Assembly: GCA_016875475.1 (NCBI GenBank)
Contig: VGRB01000002.1
Location: 1 to 44,995, forward strand
Source: Deltaproteobacteria bacterium
GTDB lineage: Bacteria > Myxococcota_A > UBA9042 > DTJE01
Direction: 5' to 3'
Length of the DNA stretch: 44,995 nucleotides
A program made the position numbers and the translations under genes. Each line of letters begins with the position of its first letter. Position 1 is the first letter of the stretch. The notes below the pieces were generated by a model. The model was not told where the DNA came from. It searched no databases and saw only the letters and a program-made list of their open reading frames with translations. Of the stretch, positions 1-11,537 are shown one piece after another.

Positions 1-1
1 G

Positions 2-460
2 CGGGACCCCGCGCACCTCAGGCGCGTCATCGAGGAGATGTCGGCACGCTTCGGGCCGTTCGGCGAGGGCGAGGGCGTGCTGGTGCAGCGGATGTGCGCG
101 CCCGCGACCGAGGTCATCGTGGGCGGCCTGCGCGATCCGTCCTTCGGGCCGGTCGTGATGGTCGGGCTCGGCGGCGTGGCCGTCGAGGTCCTCAAGGACA
201 CGGTCGTGCGGCTGGCCCCCGTTTCGATCGAGGAGGCGCGCGACGCGATCCTCGAGATGAAGTCGGCGCCGTTGCTGCTTGGCTCACGCGGCCGGCCCGT
301 CGCGGACATCGACGCGCTCGCGGCGCTGGTCTCGACCGTCTCGCACGTGCTGGCCGCCGCGCCGGAGATCGCCGAGATGGACCTGAACCCATGTCTCGTC
401 TACAGCGAGGGGCAGGGCGTCACGGTCGTGGACACCCGGATCCGGCTGGGCGGGAGCTGA
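2..460 (+). CDS. C-terminal part of an NDP-forming acyl-CoA synthetase / acetate--CoA ligase-like protein (ATP-grasp region); 5' end outside window
   Basis: Frame open from window edge (first ATG at 38) to TGA 458-460. Translation ...EVIVGGLRDPSFGPVVMVGLGGVAVEVLKD...SAPLLLGSRGRPVADIDAL...MDLNP resembles the ATP-grasp tail of ADP-forming acetyl-CoA synthetases (from memory, no search run). Confidence 0.55.
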   Translation, partial: RDPAHLRRVIEEMSARFGPFGEGEGVLVQRMCAPATEVIVGGLRDPSFGPVVMVGLGGVAVEVLKDTVVRLAPVSIEEARDAILEMKSAPLLLGSRGRPVADIDALAALVSTVSHVLAAAPEIAEMDLNPCLVYSEGQGVTVVDTRIRLGGS

Positions 461-476
461 CGCTCACGGGGGGCCG

Positions 477-1511
477 ATGGTCCTGGCAGTGCTCGCTCCG
501 CTGCTGCTGGCCGCGGGCGGGACCGGCGGCCCCGGCCTCGACACCGCCACCCTGCCCCGCCTGCTCGCCGCCGCCGGCTTCGTCCCGCCCGCCCGGTTCA
601 AGGCCCTGGTGATCGAGCTGACCCCGGACGCGCCGGCGCCCGGCGGCTTCCGGCAGCGCAGCTTCTCCTGGAAGCGCACGGCCCTGGACCGGACGGACTG
701 GTGGCCGGCCTCGACCGTCAAGCTGTTCGCCGCGATCGTGGCCCTGGAGGAGGTCGAGCGCCGCAACTTCTCGCCCGCGGCCGAGGTGACCTTCGCCTAC
801 CCGTCCCAGCTCGTCGCCACCACGGTCGAGGCCATGGTCCGGGCCGCGCTGACGCCGTCCGACAACGTCGCGTTCGACCGGCTGGTCGAGCTGGCCGGGT
901 TCGACCGCCTGCACGCCCGGCTGGAGACGGCCGGCTTCCGCGGAACCGTGCTGCTCCGCGGGTACGGCCGCCGGGTCACGTACGCCGGGACCGGGCACGG
1001 CGACCCGCGCCACTCGCCGCGGATCGAGCTGCGCGAGGGCCGGCTCCGCACGTCCGTGCCCGCGCGCATCGGCCGCAGGCGCGGGGGCTGCCCCGACCAG
1101 GGCAACTGCACCACGCTCGCGGACCTCGCCGAGGCGATGCGGCGCGTGATGCTCCACGAGTCCCTGCCGGTCCGCGACGGCTTCGCCCTGTCCGCCGCGT
1201 CCGTGGCGCTGATCCGGTCCGCGCTGGAGGCCGACCGCGAGCGCGGCCGGAACGTGGCGAACGGCATCCGCGAGGCGTTCGGCCGGGACCGCCCGGTCCG
1301 CCTGTTCCACAAGCCCGGCTTCGCGAACGACTGGTTCAGCGACGTGGTGTTCGTCGAGCCTGTCGACCCGACCCGGGCGGGCGGCAAGCGCTGGATCGTG
1401 GCCATGGCGGGCCACCCCGGCCGCGAATCGCTCGACGCCGCGGCCCGCGCGGTCGGGGCCCTCCTCGCCCGCGACGCCCTGTCGCCGGACGCAACCGCCC
1501 AGTCGCCGTGA
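477..1511 (+). CDS. secreted class A beta-lactamase-like serine hydrolase
   Basis: 344-aa ORF with ATG at 477 and a hydrophobic N-terminus. S-x-x-K (ASTVK), SDN (TPSDNVAF) and KTG-like (HKPGF) motifs occur in the canonical order. Confidence 0.6.
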   Translation: MVLAVLAPLLLAAGGTGGPGLDTATLPRLLAAAGFVPPARFKALVIELTPDAPAPGGFRQRSFSWKRTALDRTDWWPASTVKLFAAIVALEEVERRNFSPAAEVTFAYPSQLVATTVEAMVRAALTPSDNVAFDRLVELAGFDRLHARLETAGFRGTVLLRGYGRRVTYAGTGHGDPRHSPRIELREGRLRTSVPARIGRRRGGCPDQGNCTTLADLAEAMRRVMLHESLPVRDGFALSAASVALIRSALEADRERGRNVANGIREAFGRDRPVRLFHKPGFANDWFSDVVFVEPVDPTRAGGKRWIVAMAGHPGRESLDAAARAVGALLARDALSPDATAQSP

Positions 1512-1551
1512 GCCTTGCAGCGCACGTCGCCGGAGGCCGGTCCCGACCGCA

Positions 1552-1581
1552 TTGACAACAACGCCGCATGGGACGTACGGT
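1552..1581 (+). promoter_or_regulatory. candidate sigma70-type promoter for the antitoxin gene
   Basis: TTGACA (1552-1557), 18-nt spacer, TACGGT (1576-1581). GGAGG lies at 1589-1593, 8 nt before ATG 1602. Confidence 0.3.
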
Positions 1582-1601
1582 AGCCAGTGGAGGTACGTAC
1601 G

Positions 1602-1826
1602 ATGACCCTCTCCGCCTCTCGCCTTCGCGGCGACCTCCACCGGCTCCTTGACCACGTGCTGGAGACGGGCGAGCCCCTCGTGATCGAGCGCAAGGGGCGG
1701 CGGCTCCGCGTCGTGGCCGACGCGCCCCGCTCGCGGCTCGCCCGGCTGCCGAAGCGGCCGGGGTTCGTCAAGGGCGACCCCGACGACCTGATCCACCTCG
1801 ACTGGTCGAAGGAGTGGCGGCCGTGA
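1602..1826 (+). CDS. Phd/YefM-type type II antitoxin, no cognate toxin gene present
   Basis: 74 aa from ATG 1602, which is preceded by GGAGG (the ORF track starts at 1587). MTLSASRLRGDLHRLLDHVLETGEPLVIERKGRRLRVV...DPDDLIHLDWSKEWRP matches the Phd/YefM antitoxins that normally precede PIN/VapC toxins. Confidence 0.7.
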   Translation: MTLSASRLRGDLHRLLDHVLETGEPLVIERKGRRLRVVADAPRSRLARLPKRPGFVKGDPDDLIHLDWSKEWRP

Positions 1827-4041
1827 CCCTGCCCGCGGCGTCGATCGTCAGGGCGACGACGAGCGCACCCGGGAGCGACTGGCCCGCGGCCTTCCCGAAC
1901 GCGAGGCACCGCTTCACCGCCGGGAGGACCGCGGCCACGGCCTGGTCCACGGCACGCGCGACCTCGACGGACGCGGCCGTACCCCCGACCTCCGCGGACT
2001 CCACGGTCATCCGGACCGACAGGCGCGCCTCGACCCGCTCGTGGTCATCGCGGCGGTCGGCGGCCGGCTCCTCGGCCGCGCCGGCCGACCGCAGCATCAT
2101 GGGCGCGGAGTGGTACGCGGTCACGCCGGAGCCGCCCGTGGCGCGAGCCGGTTTCGGGGACGGCGGCGGCGCCGCCGCGGAGGGCGTTGCGACCGCTGCG
2201 CGGCCGAATCCCGCTCCGCCTCCGCCCGGGCCGACCAGGCCCGCTGCGCTCCCGTGACCCCGCACCTGCATCAGCGCCCCCGCCTTGCCCGACACGACGT
2301 TCCCGGCGACTCCGCCGGCCTCGTCGCCGTCCTCGCCTTCCCCGAACACGCCTTCCCACGACACGCCGTCCGGCAGCTCGACCGGGACCTCCACCTTGAC
2401 GGGGTCGCCGCGCTCGTTCGTGCGGACCTTCTCCTCGATCGCCACGAACGCCGTGTACCGGGACAGGACCCGGAAGCGCACGGACAGGTCGATCACGCCC
2501 CGCACCAGCGGCTCCTGCTCCCCGTTCAGCATCCGGCGCACCAGGCCGTCGATCGCGCGGCGCGCCCAGAGCGTCCGGAGCACGGTGTTGCGCGGCTCGG
2601 CCGCCGGCAGCGCGACCGCGACCGGCAGCACCACGTCCTCGCCGCCGATCCGGCCCTTCACCCGGACCGTCGCGGTGCCCGGCGCCGCGTACCGCCCGGT
2701 CACGAGCAGCGGATGCCCCGCGAACACGTCCGGCACGCGCCGGCAGGACCTCGCGCACGTCGAGCCCGCCCCAGTCGATCTCCACGTCCGTCAGCAGCGG
2801 GCTGCGCACCTGGTCGTAGAACCGCTCGATCGGCGTCCCCGCGTCCTCGTCGTACCGCACGTACTGCACGGTGCCGCGGCCCTCCAGGGCCATGTTCTCG
2901 AGCAGGTAGCGGTTCACCGACGACCCCACGCCGAACGCGTACAGGCGCGCCTCCCCGATCCGCTCGCGGATCGCGGCCAGGATCTGCGTCTCGTTCCCGA
3001 TGTACCCGTCGGTCAGGAACATCACCACCCGGAGCCGCTCGGGGTCGGGGGGGAAGTCGAGCGCCGCCCGGATGCCTGTCAGCATCTCGGTCCCGCCCTC
3101 GCCTTGCAGCGTGTCCAGGTAGGCGAGCCCGCGCCGCACGTTGTCGGGCGTGTTCGGCACCGGCAGCGGCGACATCCCGCGGGCGGACATCGAGAAGTTC
3201 AGGATCTGGAACGAATCCCCGGGGTTCAGCGCCTTCAGCGAGTGCCGCACCAGCCGCTTCGCCTGCTCGATCGGGTTGCCGCTCATCGAGCCCGAGCAGT
3301 CGAGCACGAACACCATCTCCTTCGGCGTCACGTCGGCCGGGGCGGGTCGCGCGGCCGGGACCATCATCAGCGTGAGGAAGCCGCCGTCGCCGGCCGAGGC
3401 GTGCGTCAGCAGGCCGGTCGCGACGCGCTGCGGGTCCACGTCCCACTCCAGCACGAAGTCCTTGTTCGGGATGGAGTCCTCCGGCGACAGCCGCACGATC
3501 GCGTTCGAGGCGTCGATCTGCGTGGTCACGACCTGGTGCGACTTCGACCGGAGGCCGCGGAACGGCACCCCCGCCGACAGCTTCACCGCGAGCGCGACGT
3601 CGTGCCCGGACCGCTCCCCGGGCCGCAGCACGGGCGGCGTGATCCGGTCCGCGTCTGGCACGGACTGCGGGACGCCGGGAAGCGGCGTCACCGACCCGTC
3701 CGGCGCGCAGGACGCCCCCGGGACGTAGCGCGGTCCGACCACCATCGGGAACGCCAGCGACATCGTGCCGGCGTCGTACTTCAGGTACTGCACGTACCTG
3801 ATCGTGATCTGTTCGCCCGGGCCATCAGCCCCGACACCGCGATGTCCACGTCCGTGTGCGCGAGCGGCATCTCGACCTGCCGCCCGCCCGCGAGCACCGC
3901 CGACAGCACGCCCGTGCCGGGGCCGTCCCCCCGCGCGGTCTGCGCCCCCGCGCCCTTCACGAGGGCGAAGACCATCACCACGACGGTCAGGAGCATCCCG
4001 AGGACGAGCTTCCAGGTCCCGCGGACTTCGTTCGGGTGCAT
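1768..4041 (-). pseudogene. disrupted VIT + von Willebrand factor A (vWA) domain protein gene
   Basis: The protein is split over three ORF pieces. Piece 1, 4041-3781, has a signal/TM segment plus the VIT start (...EMPLAHTDVDIAVSGLMARA). Piece 2, in the 2045..4498 frame, runs from about 3815 to about 2745 (PGEQITIRYVQYLKYD...MVFVLDCSGSMSG...GGTEM...FLTDGYIGNE, a vWA MIDAS). Piece 3, 2736-1768, begins PDVFAGHPLLVTGRY. The frame changes near 3810 and again near 2740. Confidence 0.65.
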
Positions 4042-4146
4042 GCCGGCCTCCTCGAAGAAAAGAGCGACGAGGGGGCAGACGGAGGCGCGCGGGAAACGAT
4101 CTGCGGCAGGCGTGGGAAACGACGATCCCGGCAGCGCACGAGCACG

Positions 4147-5607
4147 TCACACGGGCGGGCGAGCGGGCAGATCGATCCGGAAGACCGACCCCTCGCCCGG
4201 CACGGACCGGAGCGAGATCGAGCCGCCGTGGCGCTCGGCGATCCTCCGGCAGATTGCGAGCCCGAGCCCGGTCCCCTCGACCTTCGGACCCGGGTCGAGC
4301 CGCCTGAACGCCTCGAACACCTCGGCCTGGTGCTCGGGCGCGATCCCGATGCCGTTGTCCCGGACCTCGATCCACGCGCCCCCGTCGGCCTCGCCGCCTT
4401 CGACGTCCACCTCCGGGGGCACGCCGGCCCGCGAGTAGGTCACCGCGTTCGCGACGAGGTTCTGGAGGAGCTGCATCATCTGCTGGGCGTCGGCCCACAC
4501 GACCGGCAGCGGCCCGACGCGCACGGTCGCGCGCGTCCGCGAGAGGGCCTCGGCGAGGTCGTCGCGGACCGCGGCGATGGTGCGCGAGAGGTCCACGGAC
4601 CCGAGGTTGAGCGTCCGCCGGTCCATGCGGCCGTACTCGAGGAGGTCGCGCACCAGACGGGTCATGCGGCCGGTCGCGTCGCCGGTCAGCCTCAGGTACT
4701 CGCTGACCTTCGCATCGGCGATCGAGAGCGCGGACAGGCGCGCGCCCGTCAGCTCGGTCAGCGCCGAGACGGTCTGCAGCGGCTGGCGCATGTCGTGCGA
4801 CACCACCGACGCGAACTGCCTCAGCTCGGCGTTCGTGACCTCGAGCCGCTCCGCCGTGGCCCGCCGGTCAGCGACCTCGGCCTCCAGCCGCGCCTCCAGC
4901 GCCTTCCGCTCCTCGATCTCGCGCTCCAGCCGCTCGTTCAGCCCGGCCAGCTCCGCGGCGCGGGCCTCGGCCTCGGCCTTGCGCGCGTGCGCGCTCCGGC
5001 GCGACCGGTGCTCGCGGACCCGCATGCCCTCCTGGATGAACGCCATGACCGACGCCAGCACGGCCGCGACGACCGGATCGACGAACAGCGCCCAGTCGTG
5101 CTCGGTCAGGGACGCGGTCCGCCACAGGACCAGGAACAGCCCGCCGAGCGGGACCGCATAGACGAGCGGCAGCAGCCGCCGGGCGCCGGCCGCGGCCACG
5201 AAGACCGCCAGGATCGCGTCGAACGCCGCCCCGACGGCGCCGGCCTGGCTGCCCGGGACGTCCGGCCGGTCACCGAACACGTGGATCATCACGCCGACCG
5301 GGTTCAGCATCACGAGCGCCAGCACCAGCGCGTACAGGCCGATCGCGAGCCCGGAGCGATCGCGCAGGACCGTGTACGACGCGGCGACGTAGGCGAGAAT
5401 CCCGACGATTGCCGGCAGCCGCCACGGCCAGATCCCGGTCAGGCCGACGTGCCCGTCGTACCACAGGAAGAAGCCGAGGACCGGGATGCCGATCAGGGCC
5501 ACGAGCCGGGCCGTCGTGAACGTCGCGGCGGCCGACTCGCGCAGGTAGTCCTCGCGGGCCGCGGCGGCGTCCGAAATGGTCCGGAGGAGCTGCTCGGGCT
5601 GCGACAT
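4147..5607 (-). CDS. membrane-bound sensor histidine kinase (multi-TM N-terminus, coiled coil, HisKA, HATPase_c)
   Basis: 486 aa from ATG (cat 5605-5607). H-box FASVVSHDMRQPL, N-box LLQNLVANAV, G-boxes RDNGIGI and GTGLGLAICR. About 6 hydrophobic helices at the N-terminus. Confidence 0.85.
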   Translation of the reverse strand: MSQPEQLLRTISDAAAAREDYLRESAAATFTTARLVALIGIPVLGFFLWYDGHVGLTGIWPWRLPAIVGILAYVAASYTVLRDRSGLAIGLYALVLALVMLNPVGVMIHVFGDRPDVPGSQAGAVGAAFDAILAVFVAAAGARRLLPLVYAVPLGGLFLVLWRTASLTEHDWALFVDPVVAAVLASVMAFIQEGMRVREHRSRRSAHARKAEAEARAAELAGLNERLEREIEERKALEARLEAEVADRRATAERLEVTNAELRQFASVVSHDMRQPLQTVSALTELTGARLSALSIADAKVSEYLRLTGDATGRMTRLVRDLLEYGRMDRRTLNLGSVDLSRTIAAVRDDLAEALSRTRATVRVGPLPVVWADAQQMMQLLQNLVANAVTYSRAGVPPEVDVEGGEADGGAWIEVRDNGIGIAPEHQAEVFEAFRRLDPGPKVEGTGLGLAICRRIAERHGGSISLRSVPGEGSVFRIDLPARPPV

Positions 5608-5636
5608 CGTGACAGATGATATACCAGCCGGGGGGG

Positions 5637-9181
<3,545 letters not shown>

Positions 9182-9193
9182 AGGAGGAGCGAC

Positions 9194-10606
9194 ATGACCC
9201 CGAGCGAAGTCCTCGAATTCGCCGACAAGAACGGTTGCCGGATGGTCGATCTGAAGTTCTCGGACCTGCCCGGCGTCTGGCAGCACTTCAGCGTGCCGAT
9301 CCAGCAGCTCTCGGGGGACTCGTTCCAGGACGGGTTCGGGTTCGACGGGTCGTCGATCCGCGGGTTCCAGCAGATCCAGAACTCCGACATGCTGGTGATC
9401 CCGGACCCCGAGACCGCGGTGCTGGAGCCGTTCACCGAGGTGCCGACGCTGTCGCTGATCTGCAACGTCGTGGACCCGGTGACGCGGCTGCCGTACTCGC
9501 GCGACCCGCGCTTCATCGCGCGCAAGGCCGAGGCGTACCTGAAATCGACCGGCATCGGCGATATCGCGCACTTCGGGCCCGAGGCCGAGTTCTTCATCTT
9601 CGACGACGTGCGGTTCGACCAGGGCCGCCACTTCGGGTTCTACCACCTGGACTCGTCGGAGGGCCGCTGGAACTCGGGCCGCGACGAGGGCCCGAACCTC
9701 GGCTACAAGATCCGCTACAAGGAGGGGTACTTCCCGGTCCCGCCGACCGACTCGCTGCAGGACCTGCGCACCGAGATCGTGCTGACGCTCCAGGGGCTCG
9801 GGATCGACGTCGAGGCGCAGCACCACGAGGTCGCGAGCGCGGGCCAGTGCGAGGTGGACATGCGGTTCAGCCCGCTGACGCAGATGGGCGACCGGCTGAT
9901 GTGGTTCAAGCACGTGATCAAGAACGTGGCGCGGCGGCGCGGCAAGACCGCGACGTTCATGCCGAAGCCGCTCTTCGAGGAGAACGGCAGCGGCATGCAC
10001 TGCCACGTCAGCATCTGGAAGGCGGGCCAGAACCTCTTCTCCGGCAACCAGTACGCCGGGCTGTCCCAGATGGCCCTGCACTTCGCCGGGGGCATCCTGA
10101 GGCACGCGCCCGCGCTCTGCGCGATCACGAACCCGACGACGAACAGCTACAAGCGGCTCGTGCCGGGGTTCGAGGCGCCGGTGAACCTCGCGTACTCGTC
10201 GCGGAACCGATCCGCGGCCATCCGGATCCCGATGTACAGCGCGTCGCCGAAGTCGCGCCGGCTGGAGTTCCGGACCCCGGACCCGTCCTGCAACGGCTAC
10301 ATGGCGTTCGCGGCCATCCTGCTGGCGGGGCTCGACGGCGTCCAGCGCGAGATCGAGCCCGGGCCGCCGCTCGACAAGGACATCTACGGCCTGCCGCCGG
10401 AGGAGGCGAAGAAGGTCCCGCGCGCGCCCGGCGCGCTGACCGAGGCGCTCGACCGGCTCGAGGCGGACCACGACTTCCTGCTGGCGGGCGAGGTCTTCAC
10501 CCCCGACCTGATCGAGAAGTGGATCGACTACAAGCGGGAGGCCGAGGCGCTCCAGGTGTCGATCCGGCCTCATCCGTACGAGTTCGCTTTGTACTTCGAT
10601 ATCTAG
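9194..10606 (+). CDS. glnA: glutamine synthetase type I
   Basis: 470 aa, AGGAGG 8 nt upstream. Full-length GSI-like sequence (DLKFSDLPG..., ...MHCHVSIW..., [24 protein letters not shown]) with the adenylylation-site context [11 protein letters not shown]. Confidence 0.95.
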   Translation: MTPSEVLEFADKNGCRMVDLKFSDLPGVWQHFSVPIQQLSGDSFQDGFGFDGSSIRGFQQIQNSDMLVIPDPETAVLEPFTEVPTLSLICNVVDPVTRLPYSRDPRFIARKAEAYLKSTGIGDIAHFGPEAEFFIFDDVRFDQGRHFGFYHLDSSEGRWNSGRDEGPNLGYKIRYKEGYFPVPPTDSLQDLRTEIVLTLQGLGIDVEAQHHEVASAGQCEVDMRFSPLTQMGDRLMWFKHVIKNVARRRGKTATFMPKPLFEENGSGMHCHVSIWKAGQNLFSGNQYAGLSQMALHFAGGILRHAPALCAITNPTTNSYKRLVPGFEAPVNLAYSSRNRSAAIRIPMYSASPKSRRLEFRTPDPSCNGYMAFAAILLAGLDGVQREIEPGPPLDKDIYGLPPEEAKKVPRAPGALTEALDRLEADHDFLLAGEVFTPDLIEKWIDYKREAEALQVSIRPHPYEFALYFDI

Positions 10607-10631
10607 CCGGGCGGACTGAAGCCGCCCGGCT
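10605..10631 (+). terminator. GC-rich hairpin directly after the glnA stop (no U-tract)
   Basis: AGCCGGGCGG (10605-10614), 7-nt loop, CCGCCCGGCT (10622-10631). Confidence 0.4.
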
Positions 10632-10733
10632 ACCCTCGGATGAAGCCGACTCGCCCCGCCTGCGCCTTGGCCCGGCTCGACGGCAGTTCCCGGGGCTCGC
10701 GGCTTATCCTCGGCCCCCCGCTCTGGCGTGCGA

Positions 10734-10792
10734 CCCGTACCCGAGCCCGTACCCGAGCCCCAACCCGTGCCCGTGCCCGAGCCCGTGCCCGC
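10734..10792 (-). repeat. hexamer array GGG-YWC (G-rich on minus strand), about 9 units
   Basis: Plus strand reads cccgtacccgagcccgtacccgagccccaacccgtgcccgtgcccgagcccgtgccc. The region is non-coding. Confidence 0.85.
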
Positions 10793-10950
10793 CGGTTCCC
10801 CACCCCGCCCGCTCCGGCCTCGGGCCGCGCACGCTCAGGGAGGTCGCGGCGTGTCGCGCGGCGCCACCGCGGCGCGGCCCGCCGTGATGAAGGGACGGCC
10901 GTGCGCGGGCGGGGGTCTCCCGGAAGGGATTGTGCGGGCGGGCTGCGCGG

Positions 10951-11032
10951 TGCCCGAACCCGTACCCGTGCCCGAGCCCGTGTCCGTGCCCGAGCCCGAG
11001 CCCGAGCCCGTGCCCGTACCCGACTCGCCCCC
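10951..11032 (-). repeat. second hexamer array GGG-YWC (G-rich on minus strand), about 12 units
   Basis: Plus strand reads cccgaacccgtacccgtgcccgagcccgtgtccgtgcccgagcccgagcccgagcccgtgcccgtacccg. It lies about 158 nt downstream of the first array in the same orientation. Confidence 0.85.
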
Positions 11033-11187
11033 CCCCGGTACCACGCCGAGACATCTTGCGGTCGTCTGCTTTGCAGCCCGCGAACGGCCGACGTAGCATC
11101 GCGCGGGGAACGCGGTCCTCGCCCGGGGCCGCGGCGCCGAATGGCGAGCCCCCTTCATTCTTTGACAAGCCGGTTCGGATCGATCCG

Positions 11188-11340
11188 AGACAGCTCCGCC
11201 GGGGACGGTTCCGTTGCCGTGGCAGTTCCTGTCAGTCGCCGGGTGCTGGGGAACGTCCCGTCCTGTGACAATTCTTGTCAGTCGCCGGGTGCTGGGGAAC
11301 GTCCCGTCCTGTGACAATTCTTGTCAGTCGCCGGTGCTGA
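11188..11340 (+). repeat. 46-bp tandem repeat (one degenerate copy, two identical copies, one partial); likely upstream activating sequence for the pilin promoter
   Basis: Identical 46-mers tgtcagtcgccgggtgctggggaacgtcccgtcctgtgacaattct at 11230-11275 and 11276-11321. A partial copy sits at 11322-11340 and a diverged copy at about 11188-11229. Unit junctions create TGACA-ATTCT-TGTCA palindromes. Confidence 0.85.
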
Positions 11341-11412
11341 AATTTGTCCATGCGCGGTGGGCGTCGCGGTTCGATCACGAGGGATCCCCAATGCGGACGC
11401 GGAGATTGCGAC

Positions 11413-11429
11413 TGGCACACCGGTTGCAT
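11413..11429 (+). promoter_or_regulatory. sigma54 (RpoN) -24/-12 promoter of the pilin gene
   Basis: TGGCAC-ACCGG-TTGCAT matches the consensus TGGCAC-N5-TTGCW with GG and GC at exact spacing. It lies about 110 nt upstream of ATG 11538 and 73-225 nt downstream of the tandem repeats. Confidence 0.7.
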
Positions 11430-11537
11430 CTGGTGGCTTTCGCGGACGGGACGCCTCGGGAGAGAGCGGGCGTTCGAGGAATGAAGGGGCCCGGGGGCAA
11501 CGGGCAGGGGCTGAGGTTTTACAAGAGGAGGTTCGAG

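Noticed and set aside
1814-2257. Plus-strand ORF directly after the antitoxin, considered as its possible toxin partner.
   Set aside because: It has no PIN (N-terminal Asp after a hydrophobic strand), RelE, ParE or Doc-like motifs. The opposite strand carries convincing vWA C-terminal coding sequence.
3790-3830. Programmed -1 ribosomal frameshifting at GGCCCGGGC as an explanation for the VIT-vWA frame change.
   Set aside because: The zero-frame codons (GCC CGG) do not form an X-XXY-YYZ slippery heptamer in register. About 85-90 aa of expected VIT domain are missing at the same point, so a deletion is the simpler explanation.
2285-4438. Long antisense or off-frame ORFs, for example 2285-4438 (+), 3856-5619 (+), 5616-7340 (+), 8780-10573 (-), 13106-14776 (-), 19171-21846 (+), 25642-27200 (+) and 40350-43565 (-).
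   Set aside because: Their translations are Arg/Pro/Ala/Gly-rich and low in complexity. They overlap ORFs that have clear family motifs and a GC3 bias. They are typical shadow ORFs of a high-GC genome.
10734-11032. Whether the repeat arrays could be a CRISPR locus.
   Set aside because: The units are 6 nt and contiguous. There are no 25-40-nt repeats alternating with unique spacers, and no cas genes in the window.
10728-11096. 122-aa plus-strand ORF reading the arrays as PVPEPVPEP (TonB-spacer-like Pro-rich repeats).
   Set aside because: It uses GTA and CAA codons, which are rare in this genome. It lacks a signal peptide, a TM segment or any globular domain, and it has no RBS.
10704-11168. 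154-aa minus-strand ORF translating both hexamer arrays as Gly-His/Leu/Tyr/Phe dipeptide repeats (GYGHGLGLGLGHGHGLGHGYGFGH ...). All repeat codons end in G or C, and the stop is TAA.
   Set aside because: The sequence between and around the arrays is Arg/Pro/Ala-rich shadow-type translation. There is no RBS before the TTG start or the internal ATGs. The same hexamers also occur in spacers of 46-53 nt that cannot be coding. A Gly-His-rich peptide cannot be strictly excluded without expression data.
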